From positions 18,524,795-18,588,794 of the forward strand of contig NC_092670.1 of the NCBI RefSeq assembly GCF_964355755.1: a stretch of DNA of 64,000 nt, in the 5' to 3' direction. This DNA is from Antedon mediterranea (taxonomy: Eukaryota; Animalia; Echinodermata). Positions 23,743-37,200 of the stretch are shown in pieces. The translations under genes and the position numbers were made by a program. Numbering within the stretch: position 1 is the stretch's first letter; each line of letters opens with the position of its first letter. Under the pieces are notes generated by a model. It saw only the letters and a program-made list of their open reading frames with translations, was not told where the DNA came from and made no database searches.

Positions 23743-26700
23743 CAGCCCACGAATTTCACGTCGGCAATCGGCAATTGCCGACCTTATTGCCGACCTTAAA
23801 TTGTCAGAGGACGGCAAGAGATTGCCGACCTAGAAACTAGGCTAGATCCCTCCTTTCAAGCCTCCTAGTAGGGATAACGATGTAAAATTAAAAGTTAATA
23901 TTTTTCCAACAAATTATACATTGCCTGTTAGTATTTTGTATCAATATTATAATAAAGAAAGAATTATGAAAATATGACTTGTAGTTTTCGAAATATAGGG
24001 TTTAAAACATCGCCGAAAATGATCGTTTTTAGCCACGAACGATGTAAACAAATTGCACCCTCAGTCGACAATTGTATGAACTAGTCATTTTTCGTAAAAA
24101 TAATTATATAAAATCACGATTTTAAGTAACATATTTTATATATCAACATTGTAAAATTCAATAAAATATGATATTACTTATTTATTATATAAAAAAGAGT
24201 GTTTATTTAACCTCGTTCGAAGAATTTCAATGCATTATTTTCCTGTGTAATTGGACAGGCCTGACACCATGTGACTTCACGGCACTCGCGAGAAAATTAT
24301 TCCGCTGTGTGTTGAATCGCGTCAACCAATCAAAGGGCGAGAATCCAAAATCGTTCAACCGTGAGACTTGTGGAGCGGTCGAATGCGGAGGTTTGATTGG
24401 CTTGCGATGACATCATACCATAAAATGGCGTTTTTGTAGTTGAGCCCCTCGGAATTTTTCAAAAATTATTTAAAAAATGGACTAAACGGATATTTTTTAT
24501 GGTATATGGGTTGTTACTATGAAATATTCGAATCATAAAGGCCTCATATCGGGATAAAATTGTTTTTTTAGCAGTTAAAATTAATATTTTTCTTAGTAAC
24601 AAGCACATGGTATGTGGAACTATATTATCTTGGTGTAGGAATAAAAAACATTTTGAGGTCATAAGAGGCTCAACTACAAAAATAAGGTTGAAATGGTAGG
24701 TCATTGAGCCTTCCGAGGGTTTCGTAGTAAACAAAAGCTATACGCGCTAGGCGATAACGATCTTTTAACCACTATATTCACATTTTTGGTTGAATGAAAT
24801 GGAAATAAAAAATACTTGATCTTATAGAATAATAGGTAAATAAATATATACTCAAAATGATATATTTATAATTAATTTATTTTCAGAACAATTACCTAAT
24901 AAAAAGTGTTTACCAAAGTAAAAAAACACCGCGTAAATGACATTGCGCGCATAGTAACGTGCGCGCTGTTTAATCGTGGTAATGAAAATGGAGTCAGCTC
25001 TCGGTATCCCTACTCCTAGCAACAACATGGTACTTTAAGGGATCGTATCATTGAAATTTTAACAGGCATATTCACCACCATGTTGTGTTTAGTTAACAAA
25101 CCATGGAATTAAGATGATCCCTGAATTCACTCAACCATTACATCATTTTGTGTGTGAGCTGCATGCTTTCGATCCTATCAACCATGGATTAAAGAATAGA
25201 AGGATATGCATCGACGGTGACATCAAACGATTTTACAACGCGCTTGCCTATACTAAAGCACTGCTGCCAATCAAACAAACACGTTCATTGAACTCCATGT
25301 CTCTAACCGCGGCCCTCTGTAAAACGCTGCGAATCAACTGTTACATTTTTTTGAGACCAAAACGTAACCATGTAGAAATCGTATGCGCAGTCTGAATGTT
25401 CTATTGACATGTCTGCGTCGATGATTAATTGATAACAAACATATATTGCTGAATAATTCTGTTTTAGTTTCATCACAATCGGACTACGAAAAGTTCACTT
25501 TCTTACGACTGGTAATTTTAAGTAGTTGGTAATATTAATAAAATATGCAATTTTTATATTTGAATTATCATTATTTGCCTGCCATCTTCTGTCATTAAAA
25601 ATTGCGTTAATCTATAGAATATTAAATTTTGCATTTGACCATGTATGTTGTTAGCGTGGCCTGTGTTCAGACATACAACAATCGTGTTTTTTAATATATG
25701 GCTAAGCAGTGGTTTCTTCATAAATCTCCTTAATTATCGATGTGATTATATTTAAACTGTAGTGCCTGGTGATTGGCTAGTGGTTATGTCATCCACATCA
25801 CATCCAATCACCGGGCCTAATTGAATGAAAACAGCGATCCCTGATCCGGGATTGGCTGGCTATGTATAGTTGCGATTCGTTACCTAGCGGTCATTTTGAA
25901 AAGTACACGCAGGGCAAACTTGATCACGAACAAACGAAGTAGGCCTACCTATTATTATTCACACAAGAAGTAAGACAACGGTGAGTATTTAAGATTAGCC
26001 TAGGCCTACCTAGGCAGTATCAATGTCGGCAAATCATAGGGTTTACTAGCCCAGTTTAGCCTAGTTAGTACAAGGCCTAGCTAGGCTAGCATTCTTGCTG
26101 ATTTTGTAATTTTACAACAAATGAGACAACTAATAGTTATTGTCTCAGATGTAGGGCTACTACAGGTCATAAAATGCTACTTTAATCATCATAAAAAAAT
26201 CATTAGCGTAGATCAATCGCGGCAGAAACCAACATAGTCAATAGTTGACCATAAACATCATGCAACCAAAGAACGCGCGAAAGAAGCGTAGCCAACTAGG
26301 TTAAATGTCGTTGCACATGTGCAGTAAACAATATATTAGGCACGCGACCGTTTCGTTGTTACCCTGCGGTTAATTAAACTGTAACATTGTGGGCGGTCCG
26401 CAGTCTGTCGGCGAGAGTCAAGGAACCCTTGATCTCACGTCGATGCATATCCTTCTATTCTTTAATCCATGTATCAACCAAGCTGGCTGGGCACAGCGCT
26501 GTGCGCGACAGACCTGTGTAGGGGAATACCCTGTTATGCCAAGCAAGCAACTATGCTCTGTGTACGGCTAGCTCCAGAACCATGATGTTCAGCAATTAAT
26601 TATCAAATAGAATTTATCTTGTAGATTTTAGTGTTAGGTTTTTATATTTTAGTTAATTTTGCTAGTTCTTTTTGCATAACATATAGGCCTAGGCTCTAGC

Positions 26701-26850
26701 TAGCTAGCTAAGGAGGCTAGGCCTTTAGGTTAGCAAGAGGTTAGGCCTTGGTGAATTTTCTATTTTTAGAACTGCCGAGACTGCCGACCTTGGCGAATTT
26801 AAGGTCGGCAATTTTTTGCCGACCTTCTTTTTTCTGAATTTCGTGGGCTG
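23743..26850. mobile_element. 3.1-kb non-autonomous TIR transposon with 6-bp TSD (hAT6-like, family uncertain)
   Basis: 16-bp TIR CAGCCCACGAA(T/A)TTCA, ATAATA duplicated on both flanks, multiple subterminal TTGCCGACC motifs at both ends; no transposase ORF recognised. Confidence 0.8.
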
Positions 26851-27235
26851 ATAATAACTACCTGTGCGATGATAAAAACATAGCCTACCTAGGCTAGTTT
26901 AAAATTAAATATATATAGTCTTATAAGTTACATAATAGTTTATAGTAATACATCAATACAGTATCATACAGGCGGCACAGTTTGTTGTAGAGTACACTCA
27001 GCCTCAATCAGTACAACAAACAGTTCAGTAGCATCTTTATTTAAAGTTTAATATCATTATTGAATATTGATTTAAAAAGGTGTCCGTCCTACAGACCTAC
27101 TATTAAGATAAGGTCTAACAAAGAGTAATATTATAATGATTAACCTTTACTTAAACTATTTTTTTTGTATTAATGTATTACACAAAATGCTCTTGTCACC
27201 AACAACCATACCTTCCCTCATGCTGTTTTAATTGC

Positions 27236-27624
27236 AAAAGAGCGGTTTGGTCGCCACGTGCTGGTGTTAAAAGGTACGTCTTGTCAAAAGAGGGCGACAG
27301 TCTTTCTTGTATATGAATAGCGTCCTCAACAAGAACCGAACCAAACAAAACACAAAAAGGAGAAGAGGTATAATATTCAATACCTCTGTGTTTACATCAA
27401 CAATAAATCTACCAATAGTCAAAAAAATTAATTATTATTATTCTCATAACTTATAAATATTCATCCATATTTTCTTTCAATTACATTGTGAGTAAATACC
27501 AACAATATTCTTAATATCATCAGTTAACCTGGGCGCAGACATTTTGATTGCGCCCTCATCGGACAGGATATTTTCTTTAAATATTTTTCGCGTTCCCAAT
27601 AACAACAAATAATTCACGAAAGTT
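27236..27624. promoter_or_regulatory. Bidirectional promoter: TCT/5'TOP-like start (minus, ~27240) and RFX X-box (27592-27606) before B9D1
   Basis: Minus strand GCTCTTTTG lies 29 nt upstream of an AAG|GTATGG donor. Plus strand GTTCCC-AAT-AACAAC fits the X-box consensus ~20 bp before the ATG of a ciliary gene. Confidence 0.55.
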
Positions 27625-30364
27625 ATGGCTTCAAATCCAAGTGTTTTTTTACTTATGTTAAGTGGTCAGATTGAATGTGCTGATGTGAGTATGTGTATTT
27701 ATATATTAATGATGTTACAAATCAATTGTAAAAGTTTAAATAACTTCTTTAAAAAGTTCGAACAGCTTGATTTAAGCTAGGCCTATCCCCTCCTACTACC
27801 TAGCTAGCCAGCGAGGCTCAGCAGGTTTTTAGTTCTAAGTAGGTGTAGGTAGGTAGGCCTAGTTAGAGGGGTGGCCTTGTTGCTAGAGTAATGAGGTATA
27901 CGTAGCTAGTAGGTATACGAAAAGAGCCTATCTAAGCCCTAGTAGAATCACAGTCCTCAGTTTCTTCCGGTTAATTTTTTCCTTTGATTACCAATTATTA
28001 TTTATTTATTCTTTATTTATTCATATGATGATATATAATATTAATAATTAATAATGTAAGGTAGGGCCTACTATAATTTTTATGATTATAAAAATATAAT
28101 TATTATATTATACATGTGTTTATTATTTATATAACCGCATTGAAGTGAGCAGATAAAAAAAAAATGTGTATGTATATAGGCAGCGTACTACTAGTAGATT
28201 AAAATCATTCTTATCCTTTTTATTATTATTAACAATTTTTAACAATATATTATTATATTAAATGAGTTAAAATTGTCCTAACTTGTTTTCAGTTTCCAGA
28301 ATTTGACAACATCTATTTCAAATACAATTTTGTATTTGGTCAAGACTGGGTAATTACATCCGTGAGTTGGTCCATTTATTTTAGACAAACAAATTTTAAT
28401 CATCATCATCATTCATGCTGTTCTGCATAATGCTAAAAACTAACATAAAATGACAATTTTATCAATTTTTGTTAAAATTTCTTTATGATTGATTAATTTT
28501 AGGGCTTAGAAGAGGGAGTGTCACAAGTAAGTAAGAAAAGCCAAGATGGTCGGCAAACGTTTGTGTGGAATTTTCCACTAGAAGTGACGTTCAAAAGCAC
28601 AAATCCATTTGGGTGTAAGTACATACAATTTCATATACTGTGCAGTGTTTATATACTCCTCATTGACAGTTGATACAGTTTGTTGTTTTGTTTTTAACAG
28701 GGCCTCAACTTGTTCTCAGCTGTTACGGACAGGATGTCTTTGGAACGGCTGTTGTCAGAGGCTATGGAGCAGTACATGTACCGATATCACCTGGAAAGTA
28801 GGTTTATTTTTGTGTTGCTTTCACGCATAGTGTTTAAATGATAATGATATAAATGCAATGGACTTGGGGTTTCAGAAGGCAAACAACGTATGAGCTACTC
28901 ACATACTCATAAAAGAACCCACTACTGCAGATGTGAATTCAATTCAACTTGATTTCAGACAAACTGTTCATATGAAATAAATCTGCATTAGTGGGTTATT
29001 TTATGAGTATGTGAGTAGCTCTTACGTTCATTGTTTTCGCAATTTTTTTTAAAGAAACCTGTAAATTGTCAGCCTCAAGAATTCATAAAAAAAATTGAAA
29101 CATGATGGTGTAAATATTCTCAACTGGTATTACATTTTCCCTGAATCAATTCTGACATTAAATTATCTTTTTCAGACATGTTAGAATTATTCCAATGTTT
29201 GTGCCAGAATCATCATCAAGATTTCAAAAGTTCACAAGGTAAAACTTTTTTTTGTTCCAAATGTTACCTTAAAGGTGTATCGTCCCCCAAAAACATAAAA
29301 AATGAAGATTAAAAAAATCGGGATTTTAATATGCCATTTTGTAGTTTCACTTAAATAATGTTTTCAGTTATAAAATGACAAAATAAATGGTTACAATGAA
29401 CCAAAAACCCATTGGCTTTTTCTTTAAAATTCCATTTTTTTTTCAAGTAAATACTGTAGTTTGTTTTTGGTCAAATTGAATAACTATTATGTGATATTAA
29501 AATGGCATATTCGACAATAAAATAAAAAAAAATGTTTATGGGGATAATACATCTTACATAAAAACTCCAATCATATTAAGAAAAACAAATGATTTATTAT
29601 CTACTAGAACATTTACATTCATAAGCTTTGAAAATGTTATTTAGTTAATAGCATTAACATATTCATCTTATAATTGTCTATTATTCAGCTGGTTCATGGG
29701 AAGAAAACCTGAATATGTTGATGCAAACATAGTTGCTAGGGGTGAAGGCAGAGAAGGTAAACACAATTTTACTTGACAGTATTACTATTTTAATACCACT
29801 ATTTTTAAATGTGTATGTTTTACAGAATGTAGTCTTTGTATTATTTCTATTCTATGTTATCAGTTGGAGATCCAGGATTTTGAAATTGGGGTGGTTGGGG
29901 CCAGGGCCTAGAAGTAGTGAAATGAAGAGTACTGAACTTAATTTGATGTCCTATCTTTTGCATTAAAATTTGTGAAATTTAGAGGGTGACTGGGCCGGCT
30001 GAGCTCCTCCACCACCCTTTGAATCCGCCCCTGGGTATATTTTTATTTGGATCATCAGCTGTGTCCAGAAAGTTAGTAGCATTCCCAGGAATCGAATAAT
30101 TTATTATAAATTCAGTTTTAAAGGAATTAATTACTGTAAATGTCTTTCTTTTATCTCTTAGTAACTAGAGTGAGGTCACAAGGTCACATAAGGGTAACCT
30201 TTAATATCGTGACTCGTGATATGAAGAAATTAGGCTATGATGTGCATCCATCATCTCTTAGTATTCCTAGTGCAGCAACAGCTAGTGCCATGGCCGGGAG
30301 CTCAGCACCTGGTGCTGCCGCTGCCGCTCTGCCTACTGCTAATGTTGCTAAAGAAGCAAGGTGA
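27625..30364 (+). CDS. B9D1: B9 domain-containing protein 1 (ciliary transition zone), 223 aa
   Basis: Exons 27625-27684, 28293-28361, 28503-28614, 28701-28797, 29176-29238, 29689-29756, 30162-30364 (672 nt). [54 protein letters not shown] and [13 protein letters not shown] match B9D1. Confidence 0.96.
28885..29028. repeat. Fold-back (hairpin) MITE-like element
   Basis: ~48-bp arms AACGTATGAGCTACTCACATACTCATAAAAGAACCCACTACTGCAGAT and its near-perfect reverse complement around a ~48-bp loop. Confidence 0.7.
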
Positions 30365-30870
30365 GGGCAGCTGTTGGAACATCTTGTTATATTACTGGAC
30401 AATCAATGATCAACGCCACTGTGTGTGTAGTGTTGAAATAACTGATGCTGCAAGCAACATCAAACCATGCAGATGGTCATCTCCATGCTGGAACTAGATT
30501 CTGTTTCACCACCTTTTTCAGAAGTTAAATCAGAATTTGTTTAGCCTAAAGTGGATTGTAAATTTGCAATATAAACAAAACCACCTTGATATGTTATGTC
30601 ATTCTCATTTGACCAATAGCTTATCTATTAATTGAAAATATCGATTTTAAATTGTTAATTGTAAACAATCATTCTTAAACTTTGTCTATATTGTAAATAG
30701 TGAAAGACATTTCAACTGTAAATTCTGTACATATGCAAGTTTTATTTGTAATAAAATAAAATAAATATGCTTGTTAGATAATGTTCACTATATTTGTGTA
30801 CACATTTTTCAGTTATTTCCAGGCCGTTTTGTATTTAACTACTGTATTTTTATAATTAATTTATTCTGTT

Positions 30871-33275
30871 TCATCCGCTTAATTCTGAATCTGATCCAAA
30901 TATCTCCTCTTCTTGATGAAAATTACTGGACATTGTTGCAGCCTGGGATGCAAGACTAGCCATCCCCCACAATCCACCAAACTGTGGTGGTGGTAAACTC
31001 GTTGACTGGTCACTGTTTTCATTTGAATCAATGTAGGAATCTGTAAACGCTTGTTGAGTTTCATCGTCAGTTAAGTTAGTGTCTGTCTCCTCAACGTCTT
31101 GTTTTGATTCTTCTTTTTGAAATGGATCACATATTTCTAAACTTTCCACAGTGTTCTTGTCTTGGCAAAACTCCCCCTGACCTATAATATTAAAAGATAG
31201 GAATACATTACCAGGCAGTAAAGGCAATAGTAGTACATGGAAACAGAATATTTTATATTGACAACATTATCATATCTTTACAAAAAAGGCAGACAATTTT
31301 ACAATGTATTGACAATGTACAACAACAACAAAATACAAAGCCACTTGTCATATATACCAGAATTACCTTCTCTATTTTCTGGAACATCTCTATATCTTGG
31401 CATTCCCTGGTTTTCCACTGTATTTTGGATATCACCATCGGAATTGATTATGTTATTAGTTTTGCCATCTCTACCCTTTTGTTTAAGTTCTTCTCTTACC
31501 GCCATTCGTCCTGGCAAGACTGATCTCAATTCTACAAGGAGCTGCAATGATGCTTGCCGTTCCTTACGCTGCTTCTCGGTTTCTTCCTGATACAAATGTC
31601 TATTGGAATATTTATCCGGATCTTTCTCATCAGGATCAGTGTAAGCCTCAAATGTCTCATCATCAAATTTAATCTCATTATCCTTCAAACCAAATAACTG
31701 GATTGGTTCTTGCGATGGATTTTCTAAACTGTCACCAAGAAAATCTGATTGGTTAGGAATGTCTGGTACTTTTTCTTTATCAGTGAATAATCTATTCACT
31801 TCTGTTTCCACCTCTTGATAGCAAACCAATGAAGCTTTTAACTCTGGATTGACTGTTTCTAAAAGAGAGCTCAATTCATCTTTGATATCTTCAGAACAAT
31901 CAATAGAATGGCGTCTATCTTGATTCAGTGACTCACATTTTACTTGCAAGGCGTGGATACGTTCTGCCGCAACCTGCAAGTGCAGATACATGCTGTGAGC
32001 TGCTGTCCAGATCTCTCCATATTGCCCCTTTGAATGAGAATCCAGACTGCTTCTATTAAAAACTGCATTATCATATTTGGCAGCACCAATTTTATGTGTT
32101 TCACTAATTCTATCAAGATCGTAAAGATTTTTAATAGTGTCCGACAGTAATGATTTTGTGACTTTTTCTAAAATTGGCAAAACATCATTAAAATTTGTTT
32201 CATTTATGTCCCATGCTTTTGAACAAAGTGATAAACCAATGCGACGAATGAACTCTGACCTCTGAACTGTCATTGTCTGCCAAACAATTTTGATGGCAGA
32301 TAATGAGAAATTATCTGAAGCTTTGGTCAATTCTTGGTGATCTTGTTCTGACCAGTTACTTCTGATAAGTTGCATAAGATTCCCTTTGAACCCAAGATCC
32401 TCAATTGAAACATTTGCAATGTAGTTACAAACATTATCAACCTCTGATTGCAACCTGACTTGTTGTAGAAGCTGTCTTGTGCCATCTCGATAAGATAAAA
32501 ATTGACACAAACATGCTTTAAAAATTGCTACTCTCAATTGTTGGAATTGTCTTTGAGATTGACCAAGCAACGAACTATTCTCCAATTTCATCAATGGGAC
32601 TTTGTGCGAAACAATTGTAAACCCCCTGGCTATGAGTTCAGCTTCTTGGATATTCCTTAAGGATTTCCGAATACAACTATCCATATTTTCCATCAGACTT
32701 AGCTGCTTTGTAAACGATTTAGTGAAAAGTTTTTGTTTATTATCATAGTAGAGTGTAATAATAAACGAATACAAGTGACCAATTCCAAATAAAGTACTGG
32801 ATGTTAAACAAATTGCTGTAACTATCAATTTTGATGTTATAATATTTGTTAAAGAGTTTTGTAACAGAAACCACAGACAAGCTATAGATCCAAATATGGC
32901 AGAATTGGCAATGATTAGAACTTTGGAAGCAGATTTTCGTTGTTTAATTTCTTTTCTGTCTTCTTGCAATCCATATGACAGCAGCCACTGGTGATCTCCA
33001 GGCATCAGTACTTTTGAGTTCAAGATTGAGAATCTCGTAACAAGATTCAATGAATACGGTGGTGGCGACTTTGGAAGGATAAATGAATTTACGTTCTTTA
33101 AACACATTCTCAGGGATAACAAAACTCGTAAAAATAGACTCTTAGTCTTAGATTGTTTTCCTGCACGAGTAGACTTGGAATAAGAGGAGCTCTCAAAATT
33201 CCCAACCATTCCAACATCCTTGAGATATTGATGGAGAGGTGAATTCTCAAACACTACATCATCGTCTTCTTCCAT
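30871..33275 (-). CDS. VEZT: Vezatin, ~739 aa
   Basis: Exons 31367-33275 and 30871-31181 (phase-1 intron; in-phase alternative donor 9 nt further on). N-terminal DDDVVFENSPLHQYLKD, two TM segments, IQEAELIARGFTIVS, LLVELRSVL and C-terminal LASQAA..QEEEIFG match vezatin. Confidence 0.88.
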
Positions 33276-34220
33276 ATTTCTATCACCGAGATCGGAGGTA
33301 GTACAGTAGACCTGAAAAGACAAATAGATTAGATATAAATGGCATGCGCAATTTGTTTGTTATCAATGATTCAGGGAACATTTTCGCCAGTGTAGCATAG
33401 CAAAAAGCTATACAAAACAACCTTTTATTGCTACACATTTCTAAAATTGTGTAGCAAAAAAATACAATACAAAACTAGGCCTATGACTATGTTTCTAAAC
33501 TTAAAAATCAGTTTGATTAGCAATATTGCTAAACCAAATTTTTTAATGAAATTTTTCCCTGTGATTGTACGAAAAATTCAAGCACGGTTAACCATGCTAT
33601 TGTACCTACCACCCCACTCCAATATTATGATATATTAGGCCAAACAATTCAACCAATTAAGTGGACCACATGGAGAGTGCCTTCCAGAACCACGTTTTTC
33701 CCTCTCTTTCCCACCAATCACACCAAGTTTTGTGGGCCTAACAATTATTTTGTGTCTTTATTCCCGTTATTTAATATTTCAAAGCACCTTATACTACTAT
33801 ATTACTAATTTATCAATATAAAATTATTGTACTAATAAACAATTTAAATAAAAACACACAACAGAAGATAATTCGGTCAAATTCTTCCTTTTTCCACACA
33901 CAGAATCTTCCACTTTTCACACACAACCCTCTTTTTAATTTATACAGAACGCCCTCAATAAACAGAAATGACAGGAGCTAGAGCGCTGCTGCATGCGAGC
34001 TAGCTAAGCTCTCTGCTGCTAGCTGTATGTGCTGCAACCAAAGATTGTACAGCGCATGAGTCTTTCTGTCAAAGATAGTGTGCTGTGTGTGATCGGCCTA
34101 GCTTTAGAGGAAGGCCGAGTTTGTTTGTGCTGTCATAAAAAATATCATTTCTATTATGTGCCTATCATAAGCTTTTAAGTTATAACTGGCTTCACATTAT
34201 GAGATTATATTCAATACATA

Positions 34221-37200
34221 ATGGATTTAGAACAAGACTACACGCCAAAACCTTTGGTTTTTGGGAAGGTAAGCTAAATAAACGGTTCCATCCATCATGA
34301 TAAATAAAGGGAAGCAGCCGCCACGCTCATCACACACAGGAGGTGTCAGTGATTGAGAGATCATAAACCCAACAAGTGTTTGATAGCTGTGGTTTCAAGG
34401 CTAGATTGATAAAATATTGATTGTTATATTATTGAATTTTTACTGATCCATACAGTAATTAGCTGTGAGTTACTGGTAACACCTTTATCTTTCGTTTCAT
34501 GTTTTTTTTAATATTTCAATTATATGAATTTACACAGTTTATTTTATTTTTTATATTTTATCTTACCTGTCAAATATGTCAAATTAGCAGGAAATGTTGT
34601 ACACTTCCACCAACATGTCTCATGTTTCCGCATCATCATCAATCAAAATTATCGGTTCATTTTTTAAGCAATCGGGGGAAAAAAAAAATAAAGTGAGCAT
34701 GATCAGACATTACAGAATAACCAAGTGGCCAATCACAACGCAACGATATGTCAAAGGTTAAAAATTATCGTATTTATTTGATAATTATCTGGTTTGAATT
34801 AGATAATTATCAGTTAACTTTTCTTGAATCGTTTAAACCCTGTTTCCGCAGGAACTTTATAGGTTACTTATAATACCTGTAGGTTAATTTTTGTCTGCGA
34901 AAACACAGACTCAAAATTATTATTAAAGATGTCCCCCTGAAAAAATAATTTTGAACACAATTTTTGTTGAATATGCCATTTTAATATACATAATAGTTAT
35001 CCACTTTGACCAAAAATTAGATACTTGCCTGAAAAAACTGGGCAGACCAACAGGGGAGGGGGCCTAGCATCTCTACCTAGCCTACTACTAGAATGGGGCT
35101 AATTTCTATTACAACGAAATGGGAAGCCATCTTCCACAAAAATAATGGCAGTCAAAACAAAACAAATGAATGAATATATAGGCATAGACTAATTTGTATG
35201 GTGGGGATCAGCAAAAAAAGGTCTAGATGCTACTCAAACAAAAACAAAATGAATCCTAGGCTGGTTAGTGGGCAGACCTAGACTGGGGCCATCTACAAGT
35301 AGGCATAGTACTCGCATTACAGAATCGTCAGCACAACCAAGGTACTGAATAGTTAAGGGAACTTTTAAGGGACCTCTGAGGTTCCTTAAAAGTTAAGGGG
35401 AAAATAGACCAAGTTAAGGGTTTCCCTTAACCTTAAACCCTTTGTGAATACCACTTAAGTGAAACCCTTAATATTTTCTTGATTTAAGGTAAATCCTTAG
35501 GATTTAAGGGAAATATCCCACTTAAGTGTGATTGGTGCTTACGGCCACTGTATTCTAAATTTTCGCTCATGATAATTTTTTAAGTAATTAATTGTCATAT
35601 TTTTTATTTGATTATTTATTGACTATTGAGCCACCAAATACTGCCCGTGTATTTATGCTATTAATTATTATTGTCGTCTATTAGTATTATCATATTTGTT
35701 CAGAATCTAGACACTATGTCTCTTGTTGCAGTATTTCTATCATCTTTCTTTTCAGTAATCAGCAAATGTAGTAGACTAGCATCAGGGTTTTTTTTCTAAT
35801 TAAAGTTAATTAAAATTTTAAGATAGTACAGTAGAAATTGGATTATCCTCCCTATACAAAATATTTTAGGTTAACTTACAAGTACGAGATGATTACATGT
35901 TGAAAATTATTTCTGTACTGTAGTAGAATATCATCAGTTTTTATTTTAATTAAAGGAAAGGTAATTTTAAGATGGTAGAAATCTGATTTATCTACGGTAT
36001 ACATACTGTACAGTTGTTAAACCTTACAGTACAGTAGTTAGATCATAAACAAGAAATATTTCTTACAAAAAACGCCGCTCGACAGTTTTAATCATTGTTC
36101 TTTCTTCAGATATAATGATGATTTATTATATCAATTATTTTTGTTTTACAATCAGTAGTATTTACATTTTGTGTAAATATAGTCTGGCCTACTGTACAGA
36201 ACAAAAATACAATCAAAGGGCGAGAATTCAAAATTGTTGCGTTTTCCGAATTAATACATAAAACATGCTCCTAAGATTTTAGATATAATCATTTTGTTCT
36301 GCGCATGTGCACATAAATTTGTGTTTATGATATAGCCAAAGATGACCCTTACATATGAAGCATTATTAGTTTTTAATTTACAGTATGATAAAGAGTAAAA
36401 GTAAGTTGTACAGAGAAAAATGTCCATTTCCTTTTTACTGTACACATCTGTTGTTTTTTTTCTTTCCCCATCATTATTGTATTTCTAATTAAGTAATGCT
36501 AGTTTAAATACAATAGGTCACCAGTTCTCATAAAATATAATTGAAAAATCTATCACACAAAGTAAATTCTAATGATGAAATCTACTGTAGCATTTTAATA
36601 AAACCTTGTATCCAGGAATATTAATAACAGACTTTTATTGCTTTTTGGAACAGAAGTTCGACAGACTTGTTCAGGTTATTAACTATTAACTGTTATTTTA
36701 ATTTTATATACTTTGTATATATTATTAGGCATATCACTTAAAACCTTGAATTTAACACTTTTAATTTAATTTTTTATTAGTATATTCTTGAAAACAATTG
36801 ATAGTATGCAATATTACAAATAATGAATGTTTATGAGTAAAAATATTGATCTAGATTTAACCAAGGCAGTTAAATAGATATATACAGTATGTTGCCTAGT
36901 ATGTAAAAAATAGTACCAATAAATAGACCTTCTTTACTACCCAGTAGATAGAACTATTGAATGGCACAGATACAAAATTAACCAATCAGAGTAAGGATAT
37001 ACTGAGGTGTGTGAAACCTAAATGGTCATTATTGTTGGTTACAGACTTCCAGTATTTTGTAGGTTGTATACGAAACCTGTATTTCATAATTGTGGTCATT
37101 TTCATAATTGTAATAATAGAGTTTGTCTTTTACAGACATACTATACAGATTGATATTATTAATATTATTTATAGATGTCAGTCATTGTGTTATAATTAAA

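Larger units (their letters stand above)
21536..27240 (-). other. Predicted non-coding 5' leader exons of the PIGQ / snoRNA-host transcript
   Basis: GT-AG bounded mini-exons 27212-27240, 23406-23452, 22085-22146, 21770-21806 and 21536-21580 separate the snoRNA copies one per intron; only short uORFs when joined. Confidence 0.6.

Noticed and set aside
23760-23830. Transposon subterminal motif GTCGGCAA matches the snoRNA copy g guide
   Set aside because: A 7-8 nt match is expected by chance; no evidence of a functional link.
26978-27120. Two small hairpins in the first host intron as another snoRNA
   Set aside because: No properly placed C/D or H/ACA boxes on the transcribed strand.
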